Of a DNA stretch of 64,000 nucleotides, positions 1 through 14,279 are shown one piece after another. A program made the translations under genes and the position numbers. Source of the DNA: the human T2T-CHM13v2.0 reference genome, Homo sapiens; assembly GCF_009914755.1 (NCBI RefSeq), contig NC_060929.1; one strand, given 5' to 3'. The notes under the pieces are model-generated. The model was not told the DNA's origin. It did no database searches and worked only from the letters and a program-made list of their open reading frames with translations. Positions within the stretch are counted from its first letter, which is position 1; each line of letters begins with the position of its first letter.

Positions 1-124
1 TTTAGTAGAGATAGGGTTTTGCCATGTTGGCCAGGCTGGTTTCGAACTCCTGGCCTCAAGTCATCTGCCCACTCTGGCCTCCCAAAGTGCTGGGAATACA
101 GGCGTGGGCCACTGAGCCTGGCCA
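1..124 (-). mobile_element. Alu fragment (left arm, truncated by window edge)
   Basis: tttagtagagatagggttttgccatgttggccaggctgg...cccaaagtgctgggaatacaggcgtg...cctggcc is the reverse complement of the Alu 5' arm. Confidence 0.9.
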
Positions 125-1038
125 AATTCTAACATTTTAAACTGCACTGCTTTGCTACTTGGAGAAGTTTCTGGAGATGCTGGAAAGAGCTGTCAGCATG
201 CAGCACACACACCCTCTGTTTGGTGACAGTGTAGGTTAGTGGTATGGATTGAAATCTGTTTAAAGGAGTCCTCTTGGAAGAATGCCCCAGTCTGCCACAG
301 TTTGACCATTTTTCAGTAACTAACGATCAAAACAATTTTTCTCTGACCTTCTAAAAGTGACTTGAGGAGCTGACAGTATCCCTGGGTCCTGGTGGACTTT
401 GCTCTTGCAGGAGCTCAGCTCCCCTGGGCACTGGGGGCTGGCAGTTGGCAGTGGCAGCATCGGATGGGAGGGCAGCAACTGGGGTGGCATTTGCTGCTCT
501 GCAAGGGCTGGGAGGCACTCAGGGCGTCTGTGTGGCCAAAGTGAGACCTAGCTCCCAGCATCACTGACAGGGAAGACCCTGGCTCACCCACTCATGTGGC
601 AAGTGCTGGGCCCTGGACAGGCCCTGCGGCTGGGCTTCCAGAGCCTGAGCAGTGTGGATAGAGCTCTGTGCTGCAGCTCTTGGCAGCGAGGAGCGCCTCC
701 TTGGGAGCATGCGGCGTGCATGCGTGGTGCTGGCCACCTGAGAGCCTGGCTGCTGTGCCTGACACTCTTCCCCCTGGGATGGGGCCGTGGACATTAACAA
801 TGGACCCCCCCAAGACACAGTGTCTGTTTCCAAACCCAATTAGGATTTCGCTGTTTAATTATAAGAGGTTTGGGAGGAATAGGCGCCTGTTTTATAGTGT
901 TTATTTGGCCAATTAACCAAGTAACTCATAAACAGTTGAGTTTGGCTGTTTCAGGAGCTACAGTCCTTATTCTAGGTAATTTTTGGAGTCTTCAGTTCTA
1001 AATCATTGCCTCTGTAATCCAAGTTTTAGATTCAGAAT

Positions 1039-1288
1039 CTTAGTGTTTCTGCAGAGAAGGAGCGCAGCCGTCTCCCCTCTTAGTGTTTCTGTAGAGAAGG
1101 AGCGCGGCCGTCTCCCTCTTAGTGTTTCTGCAGAGAAGGAGCGCGACCGTCTCCCTCTTAGTGTTTCTGCAGAGAGTTTCTGCAGAGAAGGAGCGCAGCC
1201 GTCTCCCTCTTAGTGTTTCTGCAGAGAAGGAGCGCGACCGTCTCCCCTCTTAGTGTTTCTACAGAGAAGGAGCACAACCGTCTCCCCG
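1039..1288. repeat. ~40-bp minisatellite, ~6 copies
   Basis: Unit cttagtgtttctgcagagaaggagcgcagccgtctcccct; its tagtg recurs at 1041, 1081, 1120 and onward. Confidence 0.9.
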
Positions 1289-2520
1289 CATGTGAGAGAT
1301 GCTTCCTGCAGTGGCGCTGGCAGTCAGAGGCGCTGCGGGAACCACGGAGGTGCGGGGCCCCGGGACGGCCTGCTGCCCTGCGTGGTGCCTCCTGGAGTGG
1401 GCTCGGTCCTTGGCTCCGCGTGGGTCATGGAAAGGCCCCGGTGGTGGAGGAGGCAGATAGCAAGGGCCTGCGTGTGGGATGGAGGCGGCGTCTGGAGAGA
1501 CCTTGCCAGCAGGAGAGGGTGGGCTTGGGGTGAAGGTGAGTTTGCAGTTGGCTTCGGACATGCTGCATTAGAATTTACACAACAGTCCAGAGAAATGTTC
1601 TTGGAGTACGGGATTTGGAACTGACTCAGAAGGGAAGCGAGTCTTGGTGGGCAGAGAGCTATGCGTCGTTAGTGCGGGGCTGGTGAAGGCCGGGGTGGAA
1701 AGGTTGCGGGAGGGTGGGATTGGGTGCAGGTCTCCTGGCGCACGTGTCTCCTGAGGGTGCCCTGTGTGCTGGGTGGAGAGTGCCCCAGGTTGCAGAGGCC
1801 TCTGACTCGGCATCTTTGTGTGATTATCAGAACTCCTCCGTTTTTCTGCTTTGAACATTATATTATGCTATTACTCACTCATTTCTTACAGTGATTCTGT
1901 AGTTTTTGGGGCGTGCTGTAGGCTAAATGGAGGCAGCGTGGGAACTTGTCACAGAATTCACATTACAAATGGGGGTTAAGATGTGTTGTAAGTTCCAAAG
2001 CGCCAAGGTTGAAGGCCTGGGGACCTTCTTATCTTCAGGGATTTACATGAGGAAGCTCCAGGAGTTCTTGGGTGGGAGCCTGGTGGCCCCAGGTACGCAC
2101 GTCCCTGAGGCCCAGCCCTAAGCACAGACCCAAAAGGCCTCCTGGAAGTTGCAGCCTCTCGGGCCGGGCAGGCTCCCTCCGTGGAGGCTTCTCTGGGTTA
2201 CCTGAGTGTGACTTGAGAATCCCACCCCGCACCCGGTGTGCACTTTAGAGAAAGGGTGTGCGTGTGTGTGTGTGAGCCTCATCTGTGTGCGGCTGCTCCC
2301 GTGCGCAGCAGTGAGCTCTGAGGGACAGGCGGCCTCAGCACCACGCTGGGCATCGCCGGGAAGCTGTGGGACCACCAGAGCCCAGCATTCCGGTGCTAGG
2401 TTAGTGGGAGCAGGGCTGGCCCCGAGGGGATGGACACCCTGCCCCGTGTAGATGCCCCAGGGTGGATGCAGCCGCCCGCCGCTTGCCACCTGCACAGTCT
2501 TGTGTGGCCTTTTCTTCTAG

Positions 2521-2629
2521 ACGATCGCCCCGTGAGAGCAAGCGAGCGGAAGGCTTCCCGACTGCATTTTGCATCAGAGGACTCACTCGACTCCAAAGAG
2601 AGCGTCCCAGCTTCTTTGAAAGAGGGCAG
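2521..2629 (+). CDS. CEP72: CEP72 exon (exon 4), (D)DRPVRASERKASRLHFASEDSLDSKESVPASLKEG(R)
   Basis: Acceptor ttttcttctag|, donor AG|gtatga; 109 nt; peptide matches recalled CEP72 just after its LRR/LRRcap region. Confidence 0.95.
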
Positions 2630-3769
2630 GTATGAACGGAAGTGCTACGGACACCCAGAGTGTTTCTGACTGGCCTGCTGTCAGGAGGATTAACCGAACG
2701 TCATTCACTGTGTGCCGGTCACTCTCCAGGGGCGGACACCAGGAGGGAGGAAGGGCAGAGCCTGCCTGGCGGGGACTCCGTGGACAGTGGGACGGGGCCT
2801 CTCTCCTGTTCTCCACATTCCTAGGAGTTATTTTTAATATCGAAACTGTTGATTAAGGTAATATGTGTAAAATCAACTCAGCAAAGGGCTTGTCCTGTCC
2901 CTTTCCCGGGGCTGGCAGCTCTCACGTCTGTGGCTGCCTCTGCTTCCAGCTCTCGCTTCAGCTACTTTCTTAGCTGCCCATCCAGCCAAATCCCACTTCT
3001 GGCCGTGAGCACATTCAGCAGGACCCGTCTTCCTGGATCGAGGAGGACTTCTTCCTCCCCCACCCTTTCTGTGACGGTGCCGGGATGCGCCTTCCTGTCT
3101 CCCTCCCCATGGCTGGTGCTGGTGAGGCCACCTTCGGAGACCGTGGGCGTGTGTGTGAGCCGGGCCTGCTTCCCCTTGCAGCCCCAGCCCTGCTGCCTGC
3201 ATGTCTATGTTCGGTTGATAGTATCTGCGTGTATCCCAAAACCCTAGAGAGACTTCGTGCTTTGTTTATGGGTTGATTCAAGGGGCAGAAATCAGTGGAC
3301 TCTGTCTGCATAGCCGTGGAAAGTGGTCGGATTGTACACTTTCTTGAGTACCATTTGTCTTGTCTGAGGCTTTTAATCAAATCATTTTTTTTCTTGTGTG
3401 AGATGCCTCCACTCATTTTAAACTCCTAGTGCAGGGATCAGTCAGCTTTTTTGTGTGAATGTTTTGGGCCCTGGAGGCTGCGTGACCTCTGTCCCATCTT
3501 CTTAGCTCTGCCTTTGCAGGGCGGAGGCAGCCATTGGCAGCACGGAAGCCAGGATGGTGTGCCCGTAAGATGCCCACGCACAGCGCAGGCAGGGGCCCGA
3601 TTTGAGCCGTTTTTTGCTGACTTCTCTTCCAGTGTCTCCGAAATGGCTCTGCATCCCTGGGATCGCCTCTTCCCTCAGATACCTGTCCTGCAGCCCCCAT
3701 CACCCCATTTCAAACCAGACTACTTGCTGCGTGGACAGCAGCACTCTGGTACCTGCACCTTCTGCTCAT

Positions 3770-4125
3770 GTGAGCCGTGCGGGAGAAGCTGTTCCATGCC
3801 CCTCCTGGCTGCTGGTGATCTACGCAGCCGCTGGCGTTGTTTGTCTCGGAGGGCCTCCCTCCAGCCCTGCTCTCACAGGCCGTCTTCCCCTGTGTCTCTT
3901 CACAGAATCTCTCCTCCGTGCCTGTCTCTCTACGGGGCCAGGTTTCCCCTTCTTAGAAGGACACCAGTGATCGTGGATCAGGGCCCACCTTAATGGCCTC
4001 ATGGTAATTTGATTGCCTCTGTAAGTCGCTGTTTCCAAGAAAGGTTGCATTCCGAGGCACTGGGTTAAGGACTTCAACATGTCTTTTGGGTGGGGGCAGG
4101 GGGGGCGGCACAGTGCGCCACTCCT
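3770..4125. mobile_element. MaLR LTR fragment (MLT1-like)
   Basis: aaggacaccagt...gggcccaccttaatggcctcat...gtttccaagaaaggttgcattccgaggcactggg...aggacttcaacat resembles MLT1 LTR consensus; subfamily not determinable by eye. Confidence 0.6.
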
Positions 4126-4139
4126 GACACCTGGAATCC

Positions 4140-5400
<1,261 letters not shown>

Positions 5401-6414
5401 TCTTTTTTCTTAGTTAACATTTCCTTTGCATGTTACGAATTTTGAACTTTTGGATTAGGGCTGCTAAACCTGTACATGGAACTCAGGCTGGCGTTTCCAC
5501 AGCTACCCTTGAGCTGGGATTGGGGAACGGACTTGGTGGGTTAGAGTGTCACAGTCACTGTCTGTACTGAAAACTGGCTGTTTTCCTGCACAGTTGCTAG
5601 CTGGGTTCTGAGTTCCAAAAAAGCTCATTCTGATACCTTTTCTTATTTTTTATATAGTTGTTTTTTTACGGAGGGCTAGAATTTGGAGCTCTTTTGTCTG
5701 CCATTTTTTGCTGACACCACTCCAAATACATTTTTATTCTGATTTACAAGATTGTTTCAAATTTTTTCTCTTCTAATACATATAGGAATAAAGGAAGCAC
5801 TTATTCCACGTGGTTGGAAATGCTGTATTCTAGTCAAAAAATAGTATTTTACTTGGCTTCACATTTACTTATATTAAAACTTTACAGTAGTGTTTGGTTG
5901 GTGTAAAAGTCACAAACATCACAGAAACTGATGAAAAGAAAGGGAGTAAAAGTCTTCCCCCGCCATTCACGCTGCTGACCGTGACCAGCGGCAACGTGTG
6001 GATGCACTTTCCTGCTTTCTCAGGGTGCGCGCGGGCACGGAGCGTCACTCGGTGCGTGCAGACATGGAGCGCCACTGCACGTAAGATTACTCTTTATACC
6101 ACACGCGACTTTTAACCTCTAGATGATGAGAACAGAATATGCTTCATAGCACAGTGGCACAGACACGAGGGTTAGTGATTGACACGCCCGCCGGGTCGTC
6201 TTTGTGGACATTCAGACTCATTGTGTCCCGGCGTGAAAGCTTCAGTCATGGATTTTCTCAGTTGAGATTGTCCACAGTTCCCGTCTTTGATCATCTCAAG
6301 ACTGAACTATCACAGAGATGAGAGTGGAAGATGACGTGGGTCAATGTCCATACCGCACAGAGGAGGTGGGGGACGCCCAAGGAACTATGCTCAGTGTCAG
6401 GCTTCAGGGAGGTC

Positions 6415-9035
6415 CTGGCCCCAGGACCCAGCCCCCTTCTTTGTGCAGCTTCTGGAGAACTCAGGTCACAGGCCCCGGGGATTGGCCCCAGGACCCAGCG
6501 CCCTTCTTTGTGCAGCTTCTGGAGAACTCAGGTTGCCGTCCCTGGGGAGTGTTCCCAGGACCCAGCCCCCTTCTTTGTGCAGCTTCTGGAGAACTCAGGT
6601 TGCAGTCCCCGGGGAGTGTTCCCAGGACCCAGCCCCCTTCTTTGTGCAGCGTTATGGAGAACTCAGGTCACGGTTCCTGGGGAGTGTTCCCAGGACCCAG
6701 CCCCCTTCTTTGTGCAGCTTTTGGAGAACTCAGGTCGCCGTCCCCGGGGAGTGTTCCCAGGACCCAGCCCCCTTCTTTGTGCAGCTTCTGGAGAACTCAG
6801 GTCACCGTCCCCGGGGAGTGGCCCCAGGACCCAGCCCCCTTCTTTGTGCAGCTTCTGGAGAACTCAGGTTGCAGTTCCCGGGGAGTGTTCCCAGGACCCA
6901 GCCCCCTTCTTTGTGCAGCTTCTGGAGAACTCTGGTTGCCGTCCCCGGGGAGTGTTCCCAGGACCCAGCCCCCTTCTTTGTGCAGCTTCTGGAGAACTCA
7001 GGTCACCGTCCCCGGGGAGTGGCCCCAGGACCCAGCCCCCTTCTTTGTGCAGCTTCTGGAGAACTCAGGTTGCAGTTCCCGGGGAGTGTTCCCAGGACCC
7101 AGCCCCCTTCTTTGTGCAGCTTCTGGAGAACTCTGGTTGCCGTCCCCGGGGAGTGTTCCCAGGACCCAGCCCCCTTCTTTGTGCAGCTTCTGGAGAACTC
7201 AGGTTGCAGTCCCCGGGGAGTGTTCCCACGACCCAGCCCCCTTCTTTGTGCAGCTTCTGGAGAACTCAGGTCGCCGTCCCCGGGGAGTGGCCCCAGGACC
7301 CAGCCCCCTTCTTTGTGCAGCTTCTGGAGAACTCTGGTTGCAGTTCCCGGGGAGTGTTCCCAGGACCCAGCCCCCTTCTTTGTGCAGCTTCTGGAGAACT
7401 CAGGTTGCCATCCCCGGGGAGTGTTCCCAGGACCCAGCCCCCTTCTTTGTGCAGCTTCTGGAGAACTCAGGTTGCAGTCCCCGGGGAGTGTTCCCACGAC
7501 CCAGCCCCCTTCTTTGTGCAGCTTCTGGAGAACTCAGGTCGCAGTCCCTGGGGAGTGTTCCCAGGACCCAGCCCCCTTCTTTGTGCAGCTTCTGGAGAAC
7601 TCTGGTTGCAGTTCCCGGGGAGTGTTCCCAGGACCCAGCCCCCTTCTTTGTGCAGCTTCTGGAGAACTCAGGTTGCCGTCCCTGGGGAGTGTTCCCAGGA
7701 CCCAGCCCCCTTCTTTGTGCAGCTTCTGGAGAACTCTGGTTGCCATCCCCGGGGAGTGTTCCCAGGACCCAGGCCCCTTCTTTGTGCAGCTTCTGGAGAA
7801 CTCAGGTCGCAGTCCCCGGGGAGTGTTCCCAGGACCCAGCCCCCTTCTTTGTGCAGCTTCTGGAGAACTCAGGTCGCAGTCCCCGGGGAGTGTTCCCAGG
7901 ACCCAGCCCCCTTCTTTGTGCAGCTTCTGGAGAACTCAGGTTACCATCCCCGGGGAGTGGCCCCAGGACCCAGCCCCCTTCTTTGTGCAGCTTCTGGAGA
8001 ACTCAGGTCGCAGTCCCCGGGGAGTGTTCCCAGGACCCAGCCCCCTTCTTTGTGCAGCTTCTGGAGAACTCAGGTTACCATCCCCGGGGAGTGGCCCCAG
8101 GACCCAGCCCCCTTCTTTGTGCAGCTTCTGGAGAACTCAGGTCGCAGTCCCCGGGGAGTGTTCCCAGGACCCAGCCCCCTTCTTTGTGCAGCTTCTGGAG
8201 AACTCAGGTTGCAGTCCCCGGGGAGTGTTCCCACGACCCAGCCCCCTTCTTTGTGCAGCTTCTGGAGAACTCAGGTTACCATCCCCGGGGAGTGGCCCCA
8301 GGACCCAGCCCCCTTCTTTGTGCAGCTTCTGGAGAACTCAGGTTGCAGTCCCCGGGGAGTGTTCCCAGGACCCAGCCCCCTTCTTTGTGCAGCTTCTGGA
8401 GAACTCAGGTTACCATCCCCGGGGAGTGGCCCCAGGACCCAGCCCCCTTCTTTGTGCAGCTTCTGGAGAACTCAGGTCACCGTCCCCGGGGAGTGGCCCC
8501 AGGACCCAGCCCCCTTCTTTGTGCAGCTTCTGGAGAACTCAGGTCGCAGTCCCCGGGGAGTGTTCCCAGGACCCAGCCCCCTTCTTTGTGCAGCTTCTGG
8601 AGAACTCAGGTTACCATCCCCGGGGAGTGGCCCCAGGACCCAGCCCCCTTCTTTGTGCAGCTTCTGGAGAACTCAGGTCGCAGTCCCCGGGGAGTGTTCC
8701 CAGGACCCAGCCCCCTTCTTTGTGCAGCTTCTGGAGAACTCAGGTTGCAGTCCCCGGGGAGTGTTCCCACGACCCAGCCCCCTTCTTTGTGCAGCTTCTG
8801 GAGAACTCAGGTTACCATCCCCGGGGAGTGGCCCCAGGACCCAGCCCCCTTCTTTGTGCAGCTTCTGGAGAACTCAGGTTGCAGTCCCCGGGGAGTGTTC
8901 CCACGACCCAGCCCCCTTCTTTGTGCAGCGTTCTGGAGAACTCAGGTCACAGGCCCCGGGGAGTGTTCCCAGGACCCAGCCCCCTTCTTTGTGCAGCGTT
9001 CTGGAGAACTCAGATCGCAGGCCCCGGGGAGTGGG
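6415..9035. repeat. 67-bp VNTR, ~39 copies, CEP72 intron 4
   Basis: Unit cccaggacccagcccccttctttgtgcagcttctggagaactcaggttgcagtccccggggagtgtt; starts at 6554 and 6621 give a period of 67. Confidence 0.97.
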
Positions 9036-9384
9036 ACTGTCCTCGGGTGGACCAGGTGTCGTATCATGAGCCACTCACAAAAGCAGCGTTCCTGGTCACT
9101 GCCCTTGGGTTTGTTTTGTGTAGATATCTCTTAACTGCCTTTGTTGGAAACAAGGTCCCCTTTGAGCACATTCTTCTCTGTATAGAGGGTCACCATGCTA
9201 AGGTGGGTCATATTCTGACACACCTCTGATTTCAGCCATTATGAAAACATTCTCCCTGAATGTGAAAGTGAACATTTGGAACACTTAACTTTCTTGATCA
9301 CGTGTATCTCCTTGTGGATGTGCTAGGAAAAGTGTAATCACATAGCAGAACAGAATCTTCCAGAACTTTAATTTTTGAACCAAT

Positions 9385-12300
9385 CCTAGTGGGGTTCTGT
9401 CCAGTGCCGGGATTTGGACCAGTCCTGGTGGGGTTCTGTCCAGTGCCGGGATTTGACCCAGTCCTGGTGGGGTTCTGTCCAGTGCCGGGATTTGGCCCAG
9501 TCCTGGTGGGGTTCTGTCCAGTGCCGGGATTTGGCCCAGTCCTGGTGGGGTTCTGTCCAGTGCCGGGATTTGGCCCAGTCCTGGTGGGGTTCTGTCCAGC
9601 GCCGGGATTTGGCCCAGTCCTGGTGGGGTTCTGTCCAGCGCCGGGATTTGGCCCAGTCCTGGTGGGGTTCTGTCCAGCGCCGGGATTTGGACCAGTCCTG
9701 GTGGGGTTCTGTCCAGTGTCGGGATTTGACCCAGTCCTGGTGGGGTTGCTGTCCAGTGCCGGGATTTAGACCAGTCCTGGTGGGGTTCTGTCCAGTGCTG
9801 GGATTTGACCCAGTCCTGGTGGGGTTCTGTCCAGTGTCGGGATTTGACCCAGTCCTGGTGGGGTGCTGTCCAGTGCCGGGATTTAGACCAGTCCTGGTGG
9901 GGTTCTGTCCAGTGCCGGGATTTGACCCAGTCCTGGTGGGGTTCTGTCCAGTGCCGGGATTTGGCCCAGTCCTGGTGGGGTTCTGTCCAGCGCCGGGATT
10001 TGGCCCAGTCCTGGTGGGGTTCTGTCCAGCGCCGGGATTTGGCCCAGTCCTGGTGGGGTTCTGTCCAGCGCCGGGATTTGGCCCAGTCCTGGTGGGGTTC
10101 TGTCCAGTGCCGGGATTTGACCCAGTCCTGGTGGGGTTCTGTCCAGTGCCGGGATTTGGCCCAGTCCTGGTGGGGTTCTGTCCAGTGCCGGGATTTAGAC
10201 CAGTCCTGGTGGGGTTCTGTCCAGTGCTGGGATTTGACCCAGTCCTGGTGGGGTTCTATCCAGTGCCGGGATTTGGCCCAGTCCTGGTGGGGTTCTGTCC
10301 AGCGCCGGGATTTGGCCCAGTCCTGGTGGGGTTCTGTCCAGCGCCGGGATTTGGACCAGTCCTGGTGGGGTTCTGTCCAGCGCCGGGATTTGGACCAGTC
10401 CTGGTGGGGTTCTGTCCAGCGCCGGGATTTGGACCAGTCCTGGTGGGGTTCTGTCCAGCGCCGGGATTTGGACCAGTCCTGGTGGGGTTCTGTCCAGCGC
10501 CGGGATTTGGACCAGTCCTGGTGGGGTTCTGTCCAGCGCCGGGATTTGGACCAGTCCTGGTGGGGTTCTGTCCAGCGCCGGGATTTGGACCAGTCCTGGT
10601 GGGGTTCTGTCCAGCGCCGGGATTTGGACCAGTCCTGGTGGGGTTCTGTCCAGCGCCGGGATTTGGACCAGTCCTGGTGGGGTTCTGTCCAGCGCCGGGA
10701 TTTGGACCAGTCCTGGTGGGGTTCTGTCCAGCGCCGGGATTTGGCCCAGTCCTGGTGGGGTTCTGTCCAGCGCCGGGATTTGGCCCAGTCCTGGTGGGGT
10801 TCTGTCCAGCGCCGGGATTTGGCCCAGTCCTGGTGGGGTTCTGTCCAGCGCCGGGATTTGGCCCAGTCCTGGTGGGGTTCTGTCCAGTGCCGGGATTTGG
10901 CCCAGTCCTGGTGGGGTTCTGTCCAGCGCCGGGATTTGGCCCAGTCCTGGTGGGGTTCTGTCCAGCGCCGGGATTTGGCCCAGTCCTGGTGGGGTTCTGT
11001 CCAGCGCCGGGATTTGGCCCAGTCCTGGTGGGGTTCTGTCCAGCGCTGGGATTTGGCCCAGTCCTGGTGGGGTTCTGTCCAGTGTCGGGATTTGGCCCAG
11101 TCCTGGTGGGGTGCTGTCCAGTGCCGGGATTTAGACCAGTCCTGGTGGGGTGCTGTCCAGTGCTGGGATTTGACCCAGTCCTGGTGGGGTTCTGTCCAGT
11201 GTCGGGATTTGACCCAGTCCTGGTGGGGTGCTGTCCAGTGCCGGGATTTAGACCAGTCCTGGTGGGGTGCTGTCCAGTGCCGGGATTTGACCCAGTCCTG
11301 GTGGGGTTCTGTCCAGTGCCGGGATTTGACCCAGTCCTGGTGGGGTTCTGTCCAGCGCCGGGATTTGGCCCAGTCCTGGTGGGGTTCTGTCCAGCGCCGG
11401 GATTTGGCCCAGTCCTGGTGGGGTTCTGTCCAGCGCCGGGATTTGGCCCAGTCCTGGTGGGGTTCTGTCCAGCGCCGGGATTTGGCCCAGTCCTGGTGGG
11501 GTTCTGTCCAGCGCCGGGATTTGGCCCAGTCCTGGTGGGGTTCTGTCCAGCGCCGGGATTTGGCCCAGTCCTGGTGGGGTTCTGTCCAGTGCCGGGATTT
11601 AGACCAGTCCTGGTGGGGTTCTGTCCAGTGCCGGGATTTAGACCAGTCCTGGTGGGGTTCTGTCCAGTGCCGGGATTTGGACCAGTCCTGGTGGGGTTCT
11701 GTCCAGTGCCGGGATTTGGACCAGTCCTGGTGGGGTTCTGTCCAGTGCCGGGATTTGGACCAGTCCTGGTGGGGTTCTGTCCAGTGCCGGGATTTGCACC
11801 AGTTCTGGTGGGGTTCTGTCCAGTGCCGGGATTTGGACCAGTTCTGGTGGGGTTCTGTCCAGTGCCGGGATTTAGACCAGTCCTGGTGGGGTTCTGTCCA
11901 GTGCCGGGATTTGGCCCAGTCCTGGTGGGGTTCTGTCCAGTGCCGGGATTTAGACCAGTCCTGGTGGGGTTCTGTCCAGTGCCGGGATTTGACCCAGTCC
12001 TGGTGGGGTGCTGTCCAGTGCCGGGATTTAGACCAGTCCTGGTGGGGTTCTGTCCAGTGCCGGGATTTGGCCCAGTCCTGGTGGGGTTCTGTCCAGTGCC
12101 GGGATTTAGACCAGTCCTGGTGGGGTTCTGTCCAGTGCTGGATTTGACCCAGTCCTGGTGGGGTGCTGTCCAGTGCCGGGATTTAGACCAGTCCTGGTGG
12201 GGTTCTGTTCAGTGCCGGGATTTGGCCCAGTCCTGGTGGGGTTCTGTCCAGTGCCAGGATTTAGTCCCGTCCTGGTGGGGTTCTGTCCAGTGCCGGGATT

Positions 12301-12455
12301 TGACCCAGTCCTGGTGGGGTGCTGTCCAGTGCCGGGATTTAGACCAGTCCTGGTGGGGTTCTGTTCAGTGCCGGGGTTTGGCCCAGTCCTGGTGGGGTTC
12401 TGTCCAGTGCTGGGATTTGGCCCAGTCCTGGTGGGGTTCTGTCCAGTGCCGGGAT
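9385..12455. repeat. 39-bp VNTR, ~79 copies, CEP72 intron 4
   Basis: Unit ccagtcctggtggggttctgtccagtgccgggatttggc (13-codon periodicity in ORF track); single-base indels near 9747 and 12140. Confidence 0.97.
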
Positions 12456-12675
12456 GCTGTCATGTTATCACGTAACCTGGCTGTTGCTCACCGATTGTCC
12501 TTGGTGAGTCACTCTTTAGCATCACTGCAGTGGAAGCAACAGGACCCGGCTGCCCCACGTTTGCAGCACGCTGCTTCTCTCAGAGACCGTGCAGGAATTT
12601 TCCTTCTCCTGGTCTGCGTGGGCCGGAGCATATGGCTGGCTTGAGTGATGCTGATGAGTTTGCTTTTCCTTACAG

Positions 12676-12854
12676 ACCACACCACCCCAGAGCCAAGTGC
12701 ACCGAGGCCTTGGCCAAGCAGAGCCTGGTCATGGATGCGGATGACGAGGCAGTCCTGAACCTCATTGCAGAGTGCGAGTGGGACCTCGGCAGGCCTCCCG
12801 GGAGCACGAGCTTCAGCCAGAAGGGGCGTGAGGCCGACTCTCGTGGTTCCCAAG
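12676..12854 (+). CDS. CEP72: CEP72 exon (exon 5), (R)PHHPRAKCTEALAKQSLVMDADDEAVLNLIAECEWDLGRPPGSTSFSQKGREADSRGSQ
   Basis: Acceptor ttttccttacag|, donor G|gtgcgc; 179 nt; phase-compatible with flanking exons. Confidence 0.95.
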
Positions 12855-13599
12855 GTGCGCTGCTCATCTGCCAGGAGGCCAGTGGGTCCGCTGGCTCTGG
12901 GATATATATAGTCGTTACTGGCCTTGGAGTCCACAGTTGCTCTTTTTGTGGAACTTACCTTGAAGGATAGGATCTTCATGATGTGTCTTTGTGTGCTTTC
13001 GAATGCCAGCCATTTGGACTACAGAGTTATAAAAGGAGAAAGTTAACATATTTGAGTATAGTCATACTGCATGATGGTTTAAATTGTATCCTTCTGAGAT
13101 CACAGGAAAAGGCAAACTGTCTAAAACAGACAAGAAGCCTAGTGTCCTGTGGCAAGTGGGGCTGACATCTGCGGCAGCTGCAGGGGGGCATAGTCACCGA
13201 ACTTGCAGGAAACCCTGAGCTCAGGCCGCCACGTGCAGACCTGTAGATCCCAGCAAGGGTGTCTCGGAGACTCCGTTGCCCGGTGGCACTGCCCTCCACT
13301 GGGATGTGCTGATGGGCTTTAGCTTCATTTATTCCACCTCCGCTGTGAGTTTCTGAGAACTTTTCGTGGAAACAACAGGTGGAGACCTGAGTTTGGGCTG
13401 AAATCTTAGGTTCATCTGTGCAAAGATGTCTGCCCTGTGGCAGCGGTGCTCGAGCCATGTCCTTGCCGGCACTGGGAGCTGAGTCCTTTAATCCTAGCTG
13501 CTCTGTCAGGGGGTTGTGGTCTGTGTTTATGGCTTTAATTTGCATCCGCTGCTGTTGAGATACTGGCCGTGCCTGTCTCTTCTTTTCTCTCCAGGTCTG

Positions 13600-13980
<381 letters not shown>

Positions 13981-14279
13981 AGACTGTCTGGACTCTCTCT
14001 TCTGTTTTGTGCATCATTTTGTCTGACTTTGCTCCACTTCATGCGGCTGGATTCTTGCAGCCTTGTCCTGAGTCTCGCAGGCGAGTGGCGCCAGTTCCCA
14101 GTTCCAAGCTCTCTTGCTGTTAGAAGTCACTGTGGATTCATTTCAGTGTCACCCAGCACGTGATTAACCCCTCGGTCTAACAGATACCATACACTATTCA
14201 GAAGCTTAAAATGTAATTTTTGATGGAATAAAACTTTTACAATGTTTTATGAAATATTTTATTTACAATATTTTAATAG

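Noticed and set aside
5437-5473. Short Tigger/MER46-like terminal fragment (ttttggattagggctgctaaacctgta)
   Set aside because: Too short to call with confidence.
6318-9229. Three overlapping 900+ aa ORFs
   Set aside because: They are the 67-bp VNTR read in cycling frames; intronic, non-ATG or incidental starts, no protein-like complexity.
9389-12644. 780-1076 aa ORFs
   Set aside because: Translation of the 39-bp VNTR; single-base indels switch frames freely, which argues against coding constraint.
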